The notes under the pieces: model-generated
What the model saw: the letters and a program-made list of their open reading frames with translations, nothing else
Told to the model about the DNA's origin: nothing
Databases searched by the model: none
Assembly: GCA_051362555.1 (NCBI GenBank)
Contig: CM120640.1
Location: 28,544,503-28,608,502 of the forward strand
Reading direction: 5' to 3'
Length of the DNA: 64,000 nt
Origin: Lingula anatina
Taxonomy: Eukaryota > Animalia > Brachiopoda
Shown: positions 27,401 to 39,900 of the stretch, piece after piece
How positions within the stretch are numbered: position 1 is the stretch's first letter
Layout: every line of letters starts with the position of its first letter
Made by a program: the position numbers and the translations under genes

Positions 27401-30400
27401 TCAAAATAACATTTTCCAAAAGTAAAGCATAAAAAGAATAATTAAAAATATTATAATTAGATTTTTTAAAATAAATTTTTTAGTTTTCCCTACAGTAAGT
27501 GAAAAACTAAAAATGTGGGAGTACATGAAATACACAATAAAGACTTTTGTTATTTAGATTATTTAGAAAGAAAACTTAAATGAAAGGGAAAATTGTAAAA
27601 TAAATTATTCCAGTATGATTTGCTGACCATGATGCCATTCTTAAAAAGTCTACTTTTCTAATAACATGCATGTATATAATGACTAGTAATTTAAGTGAAA
27701 ATTCTCCATGATTCCTAATATGTATTTTTTCAAGTACTATAGCTTAATATGTGTCATTCACTAACCTACTCCTGCTTCTGCCATCATAGGCATTAAGATC
27801 CAGGATCTGAGGAAGATCAACTCTGCAAAACAGAAAATATTAATAGTTCAATTCCATCAAAACTATACATTTTCTAATCGACTTTCATATACAATCCACA
27901 TGTATCTTAGCATCAAGACAATTAGCTTTTCCTAAGTTTTAATTTCTTAAATAAATCCAAATTTCATTTTTCGAACTTTGCCACAAGATGCAAATCTTTG
28001 AGAGCCCAGATATCATTCTTCCCAGTACCGTGCTGATTGTGCTTGATGTGATGAGATTTGAGAGCATGCTGCTTTAACTTACTGTGCTTGTTGAGTTTCC
28101 ATCCTTCTAGCAACACTGTTTATAGAGCTGTAAATAAAGAATTCAAATTTAGTGAAAAAAGTACTTACATAACAAAATGGGCAATGGCTGTTATAAATGT
28201 GAAATACATCACAAGGTCTTTAAACATACATGCACATCACAACTTCATTTAGAAAGTATAATGACCCTATCAGGAAAGTGATAGGATCAGGATATACAAT
28301 GCCTCTGCCATAAATTTAAAATATTGTCCTTCAATGCTATCTAAAATATCAGTATAATACAGATTATTTTATATAACCATCATATGTTTACAGCTGAATG
28401 TCTTTAGTCTAGTATATTACGAGCTGCAGCTGCACTAAGCAAAACAGAATGCTACATAATATCACTTATGACAGACAGCTCACATGTTTCACTTCACCAT
28501 GACTAAACAAAGTATTGTCTGTTCCCAGCTGTTATTAAACTGAAAAATCCGATGTTTAAATACCCACGCCACTTTCAAACACTTAGACTTTTTCAGTGAA
28601 ACAAAGATGTAAATGACATTAATGCATATGTCACGTTGTACCATAGGATAAAAAATTTTATTTATGCACATATTACACTCGTCAGTGACATACAAATATA
28701 TGAAACAGTAAAATGTCTAAATATGTGAGAAGAGCAATATCATTAAATAACCATACCCACTTGTGTCACATTACCTTAGCTGAGCTCTCAAGTCATTCAG
28801 TTCCTCATCATTGACTAAATCTGTTTTGTTTATTATAATCACATCTGCCAGTGCAACTTGACTGAAAGGCAAATGTTTCTTTTCAAATGTCAGTAATAAA
28901 TGAGCCTTCACCAATAGCAACTAATGTTATACTCAATTTTTAAAATAGAAATTTAATGTAAATGTAAAATATGCATGCACCCATATATCTGGATTTATAA
29001 AATTTAAGTCAAAATGTCAAAAATAACAAATGCATACTAGTTGATGGATCTTATTCTTCACATGATTTCTTCAAAAGCTGGTATTCTTCATTCAAGAAAA
29101 AGGTGTGTAAGCTCACCTAACTGCCTCATTGATGACACCATCTGGTTTCTGTTCCAACAGGTGCTGAAAGATACAGTAATGCTGGTAGATTAAAATACAT
29201 GTACTCACAGGAACATCCAAGAGGACAAAGAGAGACATCCCGTGATCAGTGACTTAAAAATAAAATTCAATATATAGTATGCGATATACGTGATTTTTAC
29301 TTTAAATTGTACTTACCTGCAAACAGAACTTTGCATCCACAACTGTCACAATTCCTAAAAAAATAAAATCCATCTTAAAAACAAACCCCCCTTTAAAGTA
29401 ACAAACAATATACAAGCTTGAACAAAAAATGTAAAATGCTCAGTTTTGCCTTGTGTTCGTGTGATACTGTTTTTCTTTCATGTTTTTCTCTCTGGTATGG
29501 ATAAGAGATTATTGACATATAAAAATACTTACCATCTAGATAAATATCACTACACAACTCTTCATCTATCCAAAACATTGATGCTATAGGACCTATGAAA
29601 AAACAGAAAAAAAGCACCATCATCTTTTGGAAAAATTTGCCAACTTCTGTATTCAAAATGTTCATGCACGTTAAAAAAAACCATTTAAATAATCACAAAC
29701 CACATAAGTATAAATACCTGGATCAGCTAGACCCGTTGTTTCCAATAAAATGTAATCAAATTTTCCTTTCTTTTTCATCAAATTTTCAATGGCCTGGACC
29801 CCATTGTCTCTGCAAGGAAAAATGAATATATTCATTTTCTATTCATAAAGAGATTAGACATACAAGAGATTTTCATTTCAACAACCACTGGTTATAGAAA
29901 AATAATACAAAGTCTTCAATTTTCATTCAGATCTTGTTCACATAAAGCCCGTAGAATCTGAACAAATTTTATTTTAAATTTTTAAATGAACAACAGCTTT
30001 TTCCAACTGAATAACAATATGAATGTCAGCTTTTGAAAGAGCAAAAAGCTCATGAAATGCAGTATGTATGCTTTTAAATTAGTTTTCTCTTCCTGCATTT
30101 AGAAAAATGTTGACCTGGAATTCAGAATCCATTATACATTGCTGTCAGTTTGTTTCAAATACTGAACTACATAACTCTAAAAAGGAACAGGTTTCAGGGA
30201 GGAGTAGCAGTATCCAACTGCAGATATTCCCTTCAAACCTAGTGCTTTCTTTTGTGTGTTTGTGTGTGTTTATTCAACTTACTTAACTGAACAACAGAGA
30301 CAACCATTCCTCAGCTCTAACCATTCTTCATACAGTTCTCCAGACTGCCCTATGGACATTGACTTTTCTATTGCACTGCCTGACAGCACAAACCATGAAA

Positions 30401-31251
30401 AGTAAATTATAATGCAATCAATTGTGTTACACTTACTTTGTGATCCAACTTTTCTCTGAGAGACACTTGTGTCATTTCAATATTGAACTGGTGAAAGATA
30501 TAGCTTTAGGTTAGTGAGCCCATTTTACAACTTTGTCTGATGAATACATGGACTTTTCATAAATTTCTCCCCAAATATGACAAGAAATATTTAACATTAC
30601 CTTAAAAAAACCTTCAACTGCTTTTAAACTACTAGTATTTGCCCTGTATTAATCTTACCTTCCCCAAACTCATTAAGGATGACAGCAATTCGCTTGCCAT
30701 GTTGCTCAGTCAGGATGTAATTCAACAAGGTTGTTTTGCCTGCACCTGAAATAAATACAACAGTATGGAGTTTAAAAAAAAGAAAAAAAAAAAAAACAAA
30801 GCATACAGTGTCTGTGAATAAATACATTTTGAAAAACCATCCCTGTAAAAAGGCAAATAAATGAACAGTAGGTAAACTGAACTTTTTCATGTTACAATGT
30901 GAAGGGTTTCTTTTCTCTTGTGGCTCACATTAATAAATAAATTAATTCATTTTTATTAATTTAATTTCTACAAAAGGTACAGAATAATTATGATTGGCAG
31001 GTTAAAGAAACTGATACAAACATCAACATTCTTGAAAATAGTAAGTTTTTGGTCACAACAAAACATATGCCGCAGAGGACGTAGTTGCTGTAGCAAACAA
31101 ACATAAACTGAGTAAACTTTTGACCAGGTCAGTCAGCCTTGGCTGTGTAGGAATGCATACCTAAGAAACCAGTTATGACGGTGACAGGGACTTTCGTTAT
31201 CTCAGCTGGTACCAACTCTGGAATACACTCCTCGTCTTCGGAACCAGACAT
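18473..31251 (-). CDS. CBWD: COBW domain-containing protein / Zn-regulated GTPase metalloprotein activator (COG0523 G3E GTPase), 14 coding exons, 369 aa
   Basis: Phase-compatible GT-AG exons: 31251-31161, 30745-30659, 30379-30283, 29809-29718, 29592-29533, 29354-29317, 29163-29117, 28861-28775, 28127-28083, 27822-27766, 27372-27306, 26019-25888, 19037-18911, 18555-18473 (1110 nt). Motifs: N-terminal CIPELVP, Walker A GFLGAGKTT, NEFGE, zinc-binding [17 protein letters not shown], and CobW_C (ILRMKG...RLVFIGKNL). Confidence 0.96.
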
Positions 31252-31619
31252 GACTCAGCTTGGCTGTTACAGCAGTTTGGGACACAGTTTGATGCTTCAA
31301 AAACATCCACTAGGAGAACCTATATAGTATAATACACTAGAAGTATCTGATATATAGGTGCTACACATTATACCAGTATAACACTGATACAGTGAAATTC
31401 AATTTCCTTTATCATGAATAAATGTGAAGCAGATATTTTTAGGGATACAAGTTACAATAACATTCTGTTGTGCAAATTTTATATGTAATGCCAAAGATTT
31501 TAGGTAAAATTGAATTCTTGAAAAATATTTTTCTTCCCATTAATAAATCACCACTGGACCTGTACCATGTACATGGTACCTGCAGCTCTATGTTATGAAT
31601 TTTTATGACCTCTGAAATC

Positions 31620-31950
31620 TGGGGTTCGCTATTGTAAAGGTCCACTATTTTAGAAGATGCAGGGTTCACTATTCCGAAGAGTTCTCTCTCACAAGGGTTC
31701 GCTATTCTGAAAAAGAGTATTGATATACAGTACAGTACAACCGCTTCACTTCATGAATTGTATTAGCAGTGTAATTGGAACATGATCCGGCGTAATGAGT
31801 ATTTCTTTCTTTGCAACCCTCTGAACATGTTTTTCGGAAGAACAGATTGTATTATGGAATAGCAAATTTGAAATAGCGAAAAACTCCAGCGGAGTGCTGA
31901 ACCTTCAAAATTGTATACCTTCATGATAACAGACCTCTGAAATGGTGACC
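31620..31950. repeat. Degenerate foldback element with ~16-bp subrepeats
   Basis: Left half has several GGTTCGCTATTCCGAA-like units (31621, 31661, 31694). Right half has inverted TTCGGAATAGCGAACC-like units (~31830-31950). Confidence 0.55.
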
Positions 31951-32122
31951 TTCATAACCAAGGCGCATCCGAGGGTTTTTATCAATGAAAAGGTCTAAAT
32001 GTGGAATTTTCAAACGCAGATAAGAAGTAGCATAACTTTACTAGGCTGTAACTGTTATTGTTCAGTTAAACAACCGAAAATTCTAACGTTAATGTTATAA
32101 AGCTGACTTTGTTAATTAGAGG

Positions 32123-32301
32123 CTGGGATAGCGCTAACACTCGCCAATTTAGCCAAATGCTAAAACTGACTGAAATTGGCTAAAGAAAAAGGGCTTGATT
32201 TGACATGTTTTAGCCAAATTATAATTATAACCATTTTGATAACAAATTGACAAAAATGTGGTGATATGGCTAAGCGAAAAAAATTGCCAGCGCTACCCCA
32301 G
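32123..32301. mobile_element. MITE with 5-bp TSD (hAT5-like)
   Basis: TIRs CTGGGATAGCGCT...AGCGCTACCCCAG, flanked on both sides by AGAGG (32118-32122 and 32302-32306). Confidence 0.75.
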
Positions 32302-33053
32302 AGAGGGAATTCTGAGTCTTGATCTTACCCTGATTGATCGATAGATTCTTTATTCCTGATCTGAGCTAAATCAAAGGACCTGACCGATTGATTTGTCTAG
32401 CCGATCGGTAACATGGCGATAAAGATAGGTGCATAGTTGCCCATGGTGCAAAATTTACCTGGAAATACGGTTAGTTCTAGTGTTATGTTGCGTTGAGTGA
32501 ATTTTTTGTATGTAGTACAATTAATCATTCAAATCAAGCACTAATTATATTTTTAAAGATACAGTGTTTAATAAATCACATATATTAAGTTATTTTCATT
32601 ACAGTTATATCAAATCTTTACAATATATTTATTAGGTTGAGTCTACAATTTTAAGGGACGAGCCAAATAGCGTGTAAAAACAAACCTTTCTCAATTGAAG
32701 AACGTTTAAGAATTTCAAGACAAGCCCAACATTATCGTGAAGCTCACGTACACGTGTGTGTGTGTGTGTGTGTCACACATTGAATGTCTTTTATGATCAT
32801 ACGTCGACAGTCAATTTTTAATCAGATAAATAGTCAATGTAATGTTAAACACCGCACGTACGTTTTTTAGCATACGCACACATTACATGTGCAATGTACC
32901 TATTTTTGTATGATACATTTTTTCGGCTGATTATTAAAATGAACTGCCTAGCATATGGTACTACTTGTGCATGTGTAGCTGTACTGTACATGTACTAGAC
33001 ATGACTAGCACATTGTTTGTACGTAACGACTTCCCGTGTTGTACAGTACTGGA

Positions 33054-33265
33054 AGGGGCGGATCCAGGAATATTTGGGGCGGAGGGGGAGGAGGGGTCTG
33101 CAGATGCGAAGCTGTCCCGACTCCCCCCCTCCCCCCCCCCCCCCTCCCCCGTTGGTATTTTAGAGGACGAACGAATCTATTTTCTACGGTTTAGATTTTT
33201 TTACCAGAGACTGAAGGAGGGGTCAAGACCCCCCTGACCCCCCCCCCCCTTTAAATCCGCCACTG
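33054..33265. mobile_element. MITE-like element with G/C homopolymer tracts
   Basis: Ends AGGGGCGGATCC...AATCCGCCACTG resemble the termini of the 43252/50103 MITEs. No clean TSD. Confidence 0.5.
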
Positions 33266-33488
33266 AAGTATGACTTGCCTTTTATATTTATGTCTTTTTT
33301 TTTGTGTCTGTCACTGAATGCAATCACGGCTCCTTGACGATAATATGATAATGTTGTTTTCTTGTTGTTTAATTATAATTCATTTGTAGATACTAGATGG
33401 GTAAACTAATCCCCACAATATGGTACTCTGTAGACGATTAAGCGCCTTAGATAAACAAAAAGAATCGCAAACTTTCCTTGTTTTTATT

Positions 33489-35047
33489 ATGGTATAGATA
33501 AAGTACGAGGCGCTGAGCTTTACGCGAAATAGAGCAGATTTTAAAGGGAACCGGAGAAGATCAGCATTGGTCAGAATTGTGCCGGAAGTGACGTGCAGTG
33601 GTGTTAGAAACGAAGCTGAGTGGTCATTTTAACATAGAGGTGAACGGCAGTGAAGATGGGTTGTCGGAGGAAAAAGAAGTTTTCTAAACAACATGGTAAG
33701 ATAACTCTCTTTTTTTACGCATTTTGGGCAGAGAAAACTTGTAGAAATAATAAATGCATGATATGAAAACGTGACACGGAACTTGAAGGTGCAAAATCGT
33801 GCTTAATTTGCGGTCAACTTGTTTAGAAATAAATGCTGCGTCGACCGCCAGCGCGACAAAAAGCGTAAAGGGGAAATAATTCCCGGGAGTCTATAAATCG
33901 TTGTCATGTGGAAATTTGGCATTAATATAATCCGATATGTCCATATCTAAGTATTTTTGGGTGTTTTATGGTATGGGCTGCAATTAAAACGATGTTTTAG
34001 AGGTCTTGAAGGGCCTTGTGAAAACCAGGAAGTAGTTCGTTACTAACAAGTGGAATGTACCGATCTCCGACTGCTGTGCACAGCTGTATCTTTTTTTCAA
34101 TATATTGACGAATTTTTAGATCTTTATATGTCCATCTGGCATGAAATTCCACACACATGATCACACTGATATAGCCTACCTTTTACACTGGGGAAGGCGC
34201 TAATCAGAAACAAATGCCAAGACAAAGGTGACATTCTGACAGCCTCTTATCTGAGTTAAAAATCACTGACAAAAGAGACTGGCAATCAATTTCCTCAGGC
34301 TGGCAATCATTAGCCTATAGAAATTGGTCATGTTACATCTTATCTACCTGTGAGAATCGTTTTACCAACTGAGTATTGCATAATAATGTCAATTATTAGT
34401 ACTTTGAGCTAGTCTTAATTACCTGTCAGCTCACCTGAATTCTCTTTTTGTCTTTTTGGGAAGATCTTGTCAGTGAAATGTTTTATTTGTCCTGTGACAA
34501 AAATTTAACCATTTACAGCCTCCCTGGAATTATTTTCCATTTACACTCTTTGTCGCAATGGCGGTCGATGCAGCATTCATTTTAAAACAAGTTGACCGCC
34601 AATTAAGCACGATTTTGCACCTTCAAGTTCCATGTCACGTTTTCATATCATGCATTTATTATTTCTACAAGTTTTCTCTGCCCAAAATGCGTAAAGAAAA
34701 AGTGTTATCTTACCATGTTGTTTAGAAAACTTCTTTTTCCTCCGACAACCCGTCTTCACTGCCGTTCACTTCTATGTTAAAATGACCACTCAGCTTCGTT
34801 TCTAACACCACTGCACGTCACTTCCGGCACAATTCTGACCAATGCTGATCTTCTCCGGTTCCCTTTATTGGCGAGGCGAAGCCTAGACAATTATCTGCTC
34901 TATTTCATGTAAAGCTCCGCACCGAGTGCTTTATCTGGCTTAAAGCACCCTGTGCACTGGTGCGTGGAACGCATTCGTGGATGACGTGACTTTACACGAA
35001 ATAAAGCACGGCGCGACCTATTGTCTTTTGACAGGAGAGTGCTTTAA
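33489..35047. repeat. ~230-bp palindromic dispersed repeat (copy 1), split by the insertion at 33545-34864
   Basis: 33489-33540 joined to 34865-35047 gives the reverse complement of the intact copy at 46419-46651. Confidence 0.85.
33545..34864. mobile_element. Non-autonomous DNA transposon with ~355-bp TIRs (Kolobok-like)
   Basis: 33545-~33900 is the inverted repeat of ~34510-34864. Termini TTAA|AGGG...CCCT|TTAT; an AGG terminus with a TTAA target is typical of Kolobok. No internal ORF. Confidence 0.85.
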
Positions 35048-36650
35048 AAATGTTTATGTAAGGACAGAAAAACAAACACAATTTTGCACCTTTTTATTAT
35101 ATGACGCAAGAAAATTTACTGCCCTACTCTGACCATGTGTTACTGACAGTAGATGTAATCTATATTTCATTGCTTTGCAGAAACAAAAATGTTTTTTTTT
35201 TTTTTGTGATTTTCTTTCAAGCTTCATTTCATTTTCTAGAATTAAAATGAATACAGCTAATAATTCAATTATATGTAAATCGTTACAAGCTATAGGACGT
35301 GGGGAATCTATACACTAAATAATTATTTTTAATTAAAAAAAAACACCAGGATACCCAGTATATACGTAGCCAAAATAGGTACGTCTCGGGTATGTTTTCC
35401 TCTGATGCATGTAGGCCTTACTTTCAAATAAGATGACATTTTGTTCAAAATAACAATTTGAAGTTCAAAACACAGTCTAGAGAAATATGAAATTTTATGA
35501 ATACATTGTACATTGTACTTGTCGGTCCACTCTACAGTGTGTCTGAAAACAATGTTAGAATTCTTTTCCATATGATCATGAATAATGTTGCCGCTGGAAC
35601 AACAGCATATCATGTAATCTGTTACTTCTCTACCCTTTTGTAATACTCTGTTTTAGTAGCTTTCTCTAACGGTTAGTAACTAATTAAATTTATGCACTAC
35701 TGCTAATAAATTGTACATCTGCCGTCAAAACTGGCGAGATATTGCAATACATACTTCAAAACCCATATTTCACAAATAAACAGTTTAAAGAAAAAGTTAA
35801 TAAACGGAATTTATTAAAAGTTAGCTGATCAAATAAACCACTTTGTCTCAAATGCATTACCCACTCATCTACTAATGAAATAAAAAGATATAAACCAATC
35901 CTAAGATACTGCCTATTAAAAGGACTCTCTTTTTGGTCTCTATTTTTATCTTTTTGCCTCAAGGAATAAGAAGCCCAGACATTACATATGAGTAGGCCTA
36001 CTATAAGGCCATAGTCTGATAATACGCTGAATTTTAACTAGGCAGATCGCATTTTGCCTTAAATGACAAAATCCTGATTAAATCTCGTCGATGGAATTAA
36101 AAAGAAATCTAATACAATTTCTGTGGGGAAACTCCTGGTTGAGCGATGGAAATTCCCACACGCCAATTATAATGCACAAATAGTTTCCTGAGACCTTAAC
36201 TTATCTGTACATGAGATCAGGATCTATTGTCAATCAATGAAGAGACCGTCCTTTATTCTACATCAGATTGGCACCAAAGACAATCTGTTCGGTTATCCAA
36301 GTTTCTCGCGAGTTGACAGGTTTGGTGATGTTAATTGTACGTGTCCTTTAGAAATGATATTTTCAGAAAAAATCTCTAGACGGTTGAGTTCAAACAGTTA
36401 TACGTATTTTTATGGATAAATAATTTTGTATTGCATAATCAGAGTCAAACAGCTTATTAATTTTCTTTGATGCCAATCTGATCCTTTAAGAATTAACAGT
36501 GCCAAATGGCCAGTGATGAAAATTAACCAACTTTATGCTGTGTGACCGACTTCTACGGATCGGCAATAATCTAATGGATACACGATAAAATGATAAAATA
36601 CAAACACCATATAAGCCCTGCTTGTTCTCTAAAAACCTTCTTTTTTTTTC

Positions 36651-36710
<60 letters not shown>

Positions 36711-36950
36711 AGTCTAACAAAATTCATGTCTTGTTTTGTTACCGATTTTCATCTGTTGCAATGCAAATAAAAATGCAAGGATTTATAAGATGAAGTGCTC
36801 TGCATACTTTCAACTCAGCTGATGCTGAAATGAGAGAACCTTTGGTACGTAAACTCTAACTACCAAGCCAAACCTTTTTTACCGAAATGTTTTTCAACTT
36901 AAGATGCAATGCCCTTCTGATTTTTTTTAGATTTTACCAAAACAAAGAAA

Positions 36951-39900
36951 TCAACATTCCAAGAATCCTTTCTCTCTTGAAAATAAAAGCCGCCAGATTT
37001 GTGGCGGTGAATCCATTACAAGATAAGTTATTACTTCCCCAGGAGGAGATGAAGAGTTCAGGACAGTGTTATCGAATGCTATTCCTTCCCACTGCTTGCT
37101 GGCCGTGGGGAGTTTGTATTCTCGCATCTCAGAGGTTGCCAAGTCCCACGAGCGCAGGACACGAAGGTTGTCCAATAGAGCAAACAAGGAGTTATTGAAA
37201 ACTGTCAGCGACCCAATCTTGGTTTCTACTTTAATAGCCTGCAAAGGCACTGGCACTAGTTTCTCAGATGATGTCTCCGACTTCAGAATGAAGACCTGGA
37301 TAAAGTCAGTCGACGAGCCGAAGAATGTGCCAGAGGTATTGTCTTTTTGGGGATTGCCGTACCAGGACATTTCGCTGTAGGTTATGCCTTCGAAGACTGC
37401 TTTCTCGCCTGTGGAATTATATACGTTTATTATTATCATCTACACACGTAATCGGACAATACAAGCAGTGCGTTACCAAAAGTCAAATGAATGATTCAGA
37501 AAAAGATAACTTAACACCAATCAACTTTGAATAAACATTGAAATTGAATTGAGTGTTAAATTTCATAAAAAAAGAGCCATTTCCAGCGTTGATATTCAGT
37601 ATCGACAAAAATGATGGAAAATCAACCGTTTGTGGTCATTATCTACACAAGTAATTGGACAAAACAACCAAGAGTGCGTTATCAAGAGTCAAACGAATGA
37701 TTCAGAAAAGGAAAACGTTACACCAAACAACTTTGAATAAACATTTAAATTAAATTGAATTGGCTGTTGTAACTCGTAAAAAGAGCCATTTCTAGCATTT
37801 ATATTCAGTATCGACCTAAAAACTGATTCAGCGCTATGGCATCGACAACCGTTTGATCCTGCAGGTTGTAGAGCAGTGCCTGGTTGGTTGGGTACTCCGT
37901 GGCGATGTAGATCATATCCGGTGCCGCTGAACTACCGAAGGTCAACCCTTCAATATCATATCTTTCTTTTTCTGAAAAGAGCACGATCACAATTTTGGAA
38001 AATAAAAACAGAAAAGAAAGTTAAGAGTAGTTAATAGGGAGAGTACTAAATGGAGCTCAATTTCGACAAAACAAAGCCGTTGACAAGTCAATTAATAACC
38101 ACTTAAATAGAAATCCAATTCAATGACTGTCACCTTTCTGATTTTTGTAACAGCTTTTTCTTCACTTCCTTACCGCTGATCTGTATGTATTCCTCAACTT
38201 TTTCACTCTGGAGGTGGATTTTGGCCAAAATATTCCCAGAACATGTCCACAGGTACAGACCAGAGTGATCCAGCAACGCATCACTCGGCTCAAAAAACGG
38301 GGGCAGGCTTATGTTCAGTCTGTGACAACGGTGAGACTCGTGAAGACCAAAATGCAAACCTGAAAAATAATATTGGGAATTGCATTAATTATTTTCATAC
38401 AATTATCTTTGTGATTGTAAATGGCAGCTATAGCAAATAAAAAGTTATGCCCTTCTATAATGTTAAAGAAATTAAAAACCAAAAGAAAGGAAACCCCAGT
38501 TTATACAGGGCTTTGTTAACCGACAATTGCTTTCAAGCTAATTTCTTTTGCAGCTTATTATATGTAAGTAACTGAATGAAAATGTACTTGATTTTGGCGG
38601 TGAAATTTCAGGAATATCTTCTTCTTTGAACAAAGCGGAATATTTTCTAAAGTGAAGAGAAAAGGTGGACAACATGGCCACACACAGGAACACGGTCAGA
38701 ACGGCAGGTCCAATGACGTCATGGTAGCCCGACTTGGAGTGATGTCTGATCCTGTACAGTCTCAGCTAAGGTTGGAAAACATAGCTCATTATAATATGGG
38801 TCATTTCAAAAACAATGGCTTAATTTTTCATAGTTTAAAAAAAATTGAATATCAGAAGTTTTGTAAAATTGAACTTCCTGAAATGTTTAATCAATTAAAC
38901 ATTTAAAATCCAAAGAAAACAAAGTTAATTTATTAATCATGTTATTGACTGACTGTTTTACTGTTCAATCGATCAATCACTTGATTAATTGGCTGAATTA
39001 TCGATCGATTGACCGATTGATCTACCGCTCAGATCGTTCGTGTCTTTACGTTTGTTCATATACAGTTTTCTTAATTTGCAACGGGTTACTTACATAGAAC
39101 ATGACGGCGGCGTATATCAGTATTAGTATGGCCAGGGGCATGAACAGCAGACCTACCACCCGAGCGTCTCTGTCCCCAAGGGACACCAGGGCACCACTGA
39201 GAGTTACCTGCAATACAGAGTGGACGTCAGAGTGTTTTCTTTGGCTGGGGTGTAAAAACAACAGCATACTCTATACAAGAAGGCAAAAACGTGGAAATAA
39301 TATTCATTCAAAACGAATAATTGTAAGTCATTTTTTTCTTTTTTTTTTTTTTTTTTTTGTATTATTATGTTGAAGATACAGTATTTAAGAATGTTGAGAA
39401 CATTAGAGAGCTTTAACAACTGAAGGAGTAAGGAAAAACCAAGCAAGAGGAACAGGTTCAATTTACCAATAATAGCGAAGACGTTAGCCATTGAATGAAG
39501 GTTCTTTCATTTGCAAAATATGTTTTTGGTTCTACTTTCAGACGTTTCATTGCTTTTGGTTGCTCTTTCTGGTCATCTGGATTTGTCTTGTGATGATTCT
39601 TCGAGAACTTGGGCAGAATGAAGTTTCTGTATCTCAGACTTTCTGTACAAAATGAGACACTTTATTTAATGAAGCTATATAATAAGAGTGAGTGGACAGA
39701 AAGACTGTTGTATACAGATACGTAAGTGACATACATTATTCCCCCAGAGAAAACTGCGCAGTGACGCATATCGCCTTATCCACACACCCAATGAAAACAA
39801 ATATAAAGGTGTCTATTTCCCTCAGTTTACACTCGACCCAACACGTCGTTAATATGCAATCCTGCTCCCAGCTATGGCTATACAGTGCATTTTGCGGTAA

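Noticed and set aside
36887-39491. Short ORF-track entries around the VTC4 3' exons read as separate genes
   Set aside because: They are antisense shadows, or exon frames extended into introns; all are explained by the spliced VTC4 model.
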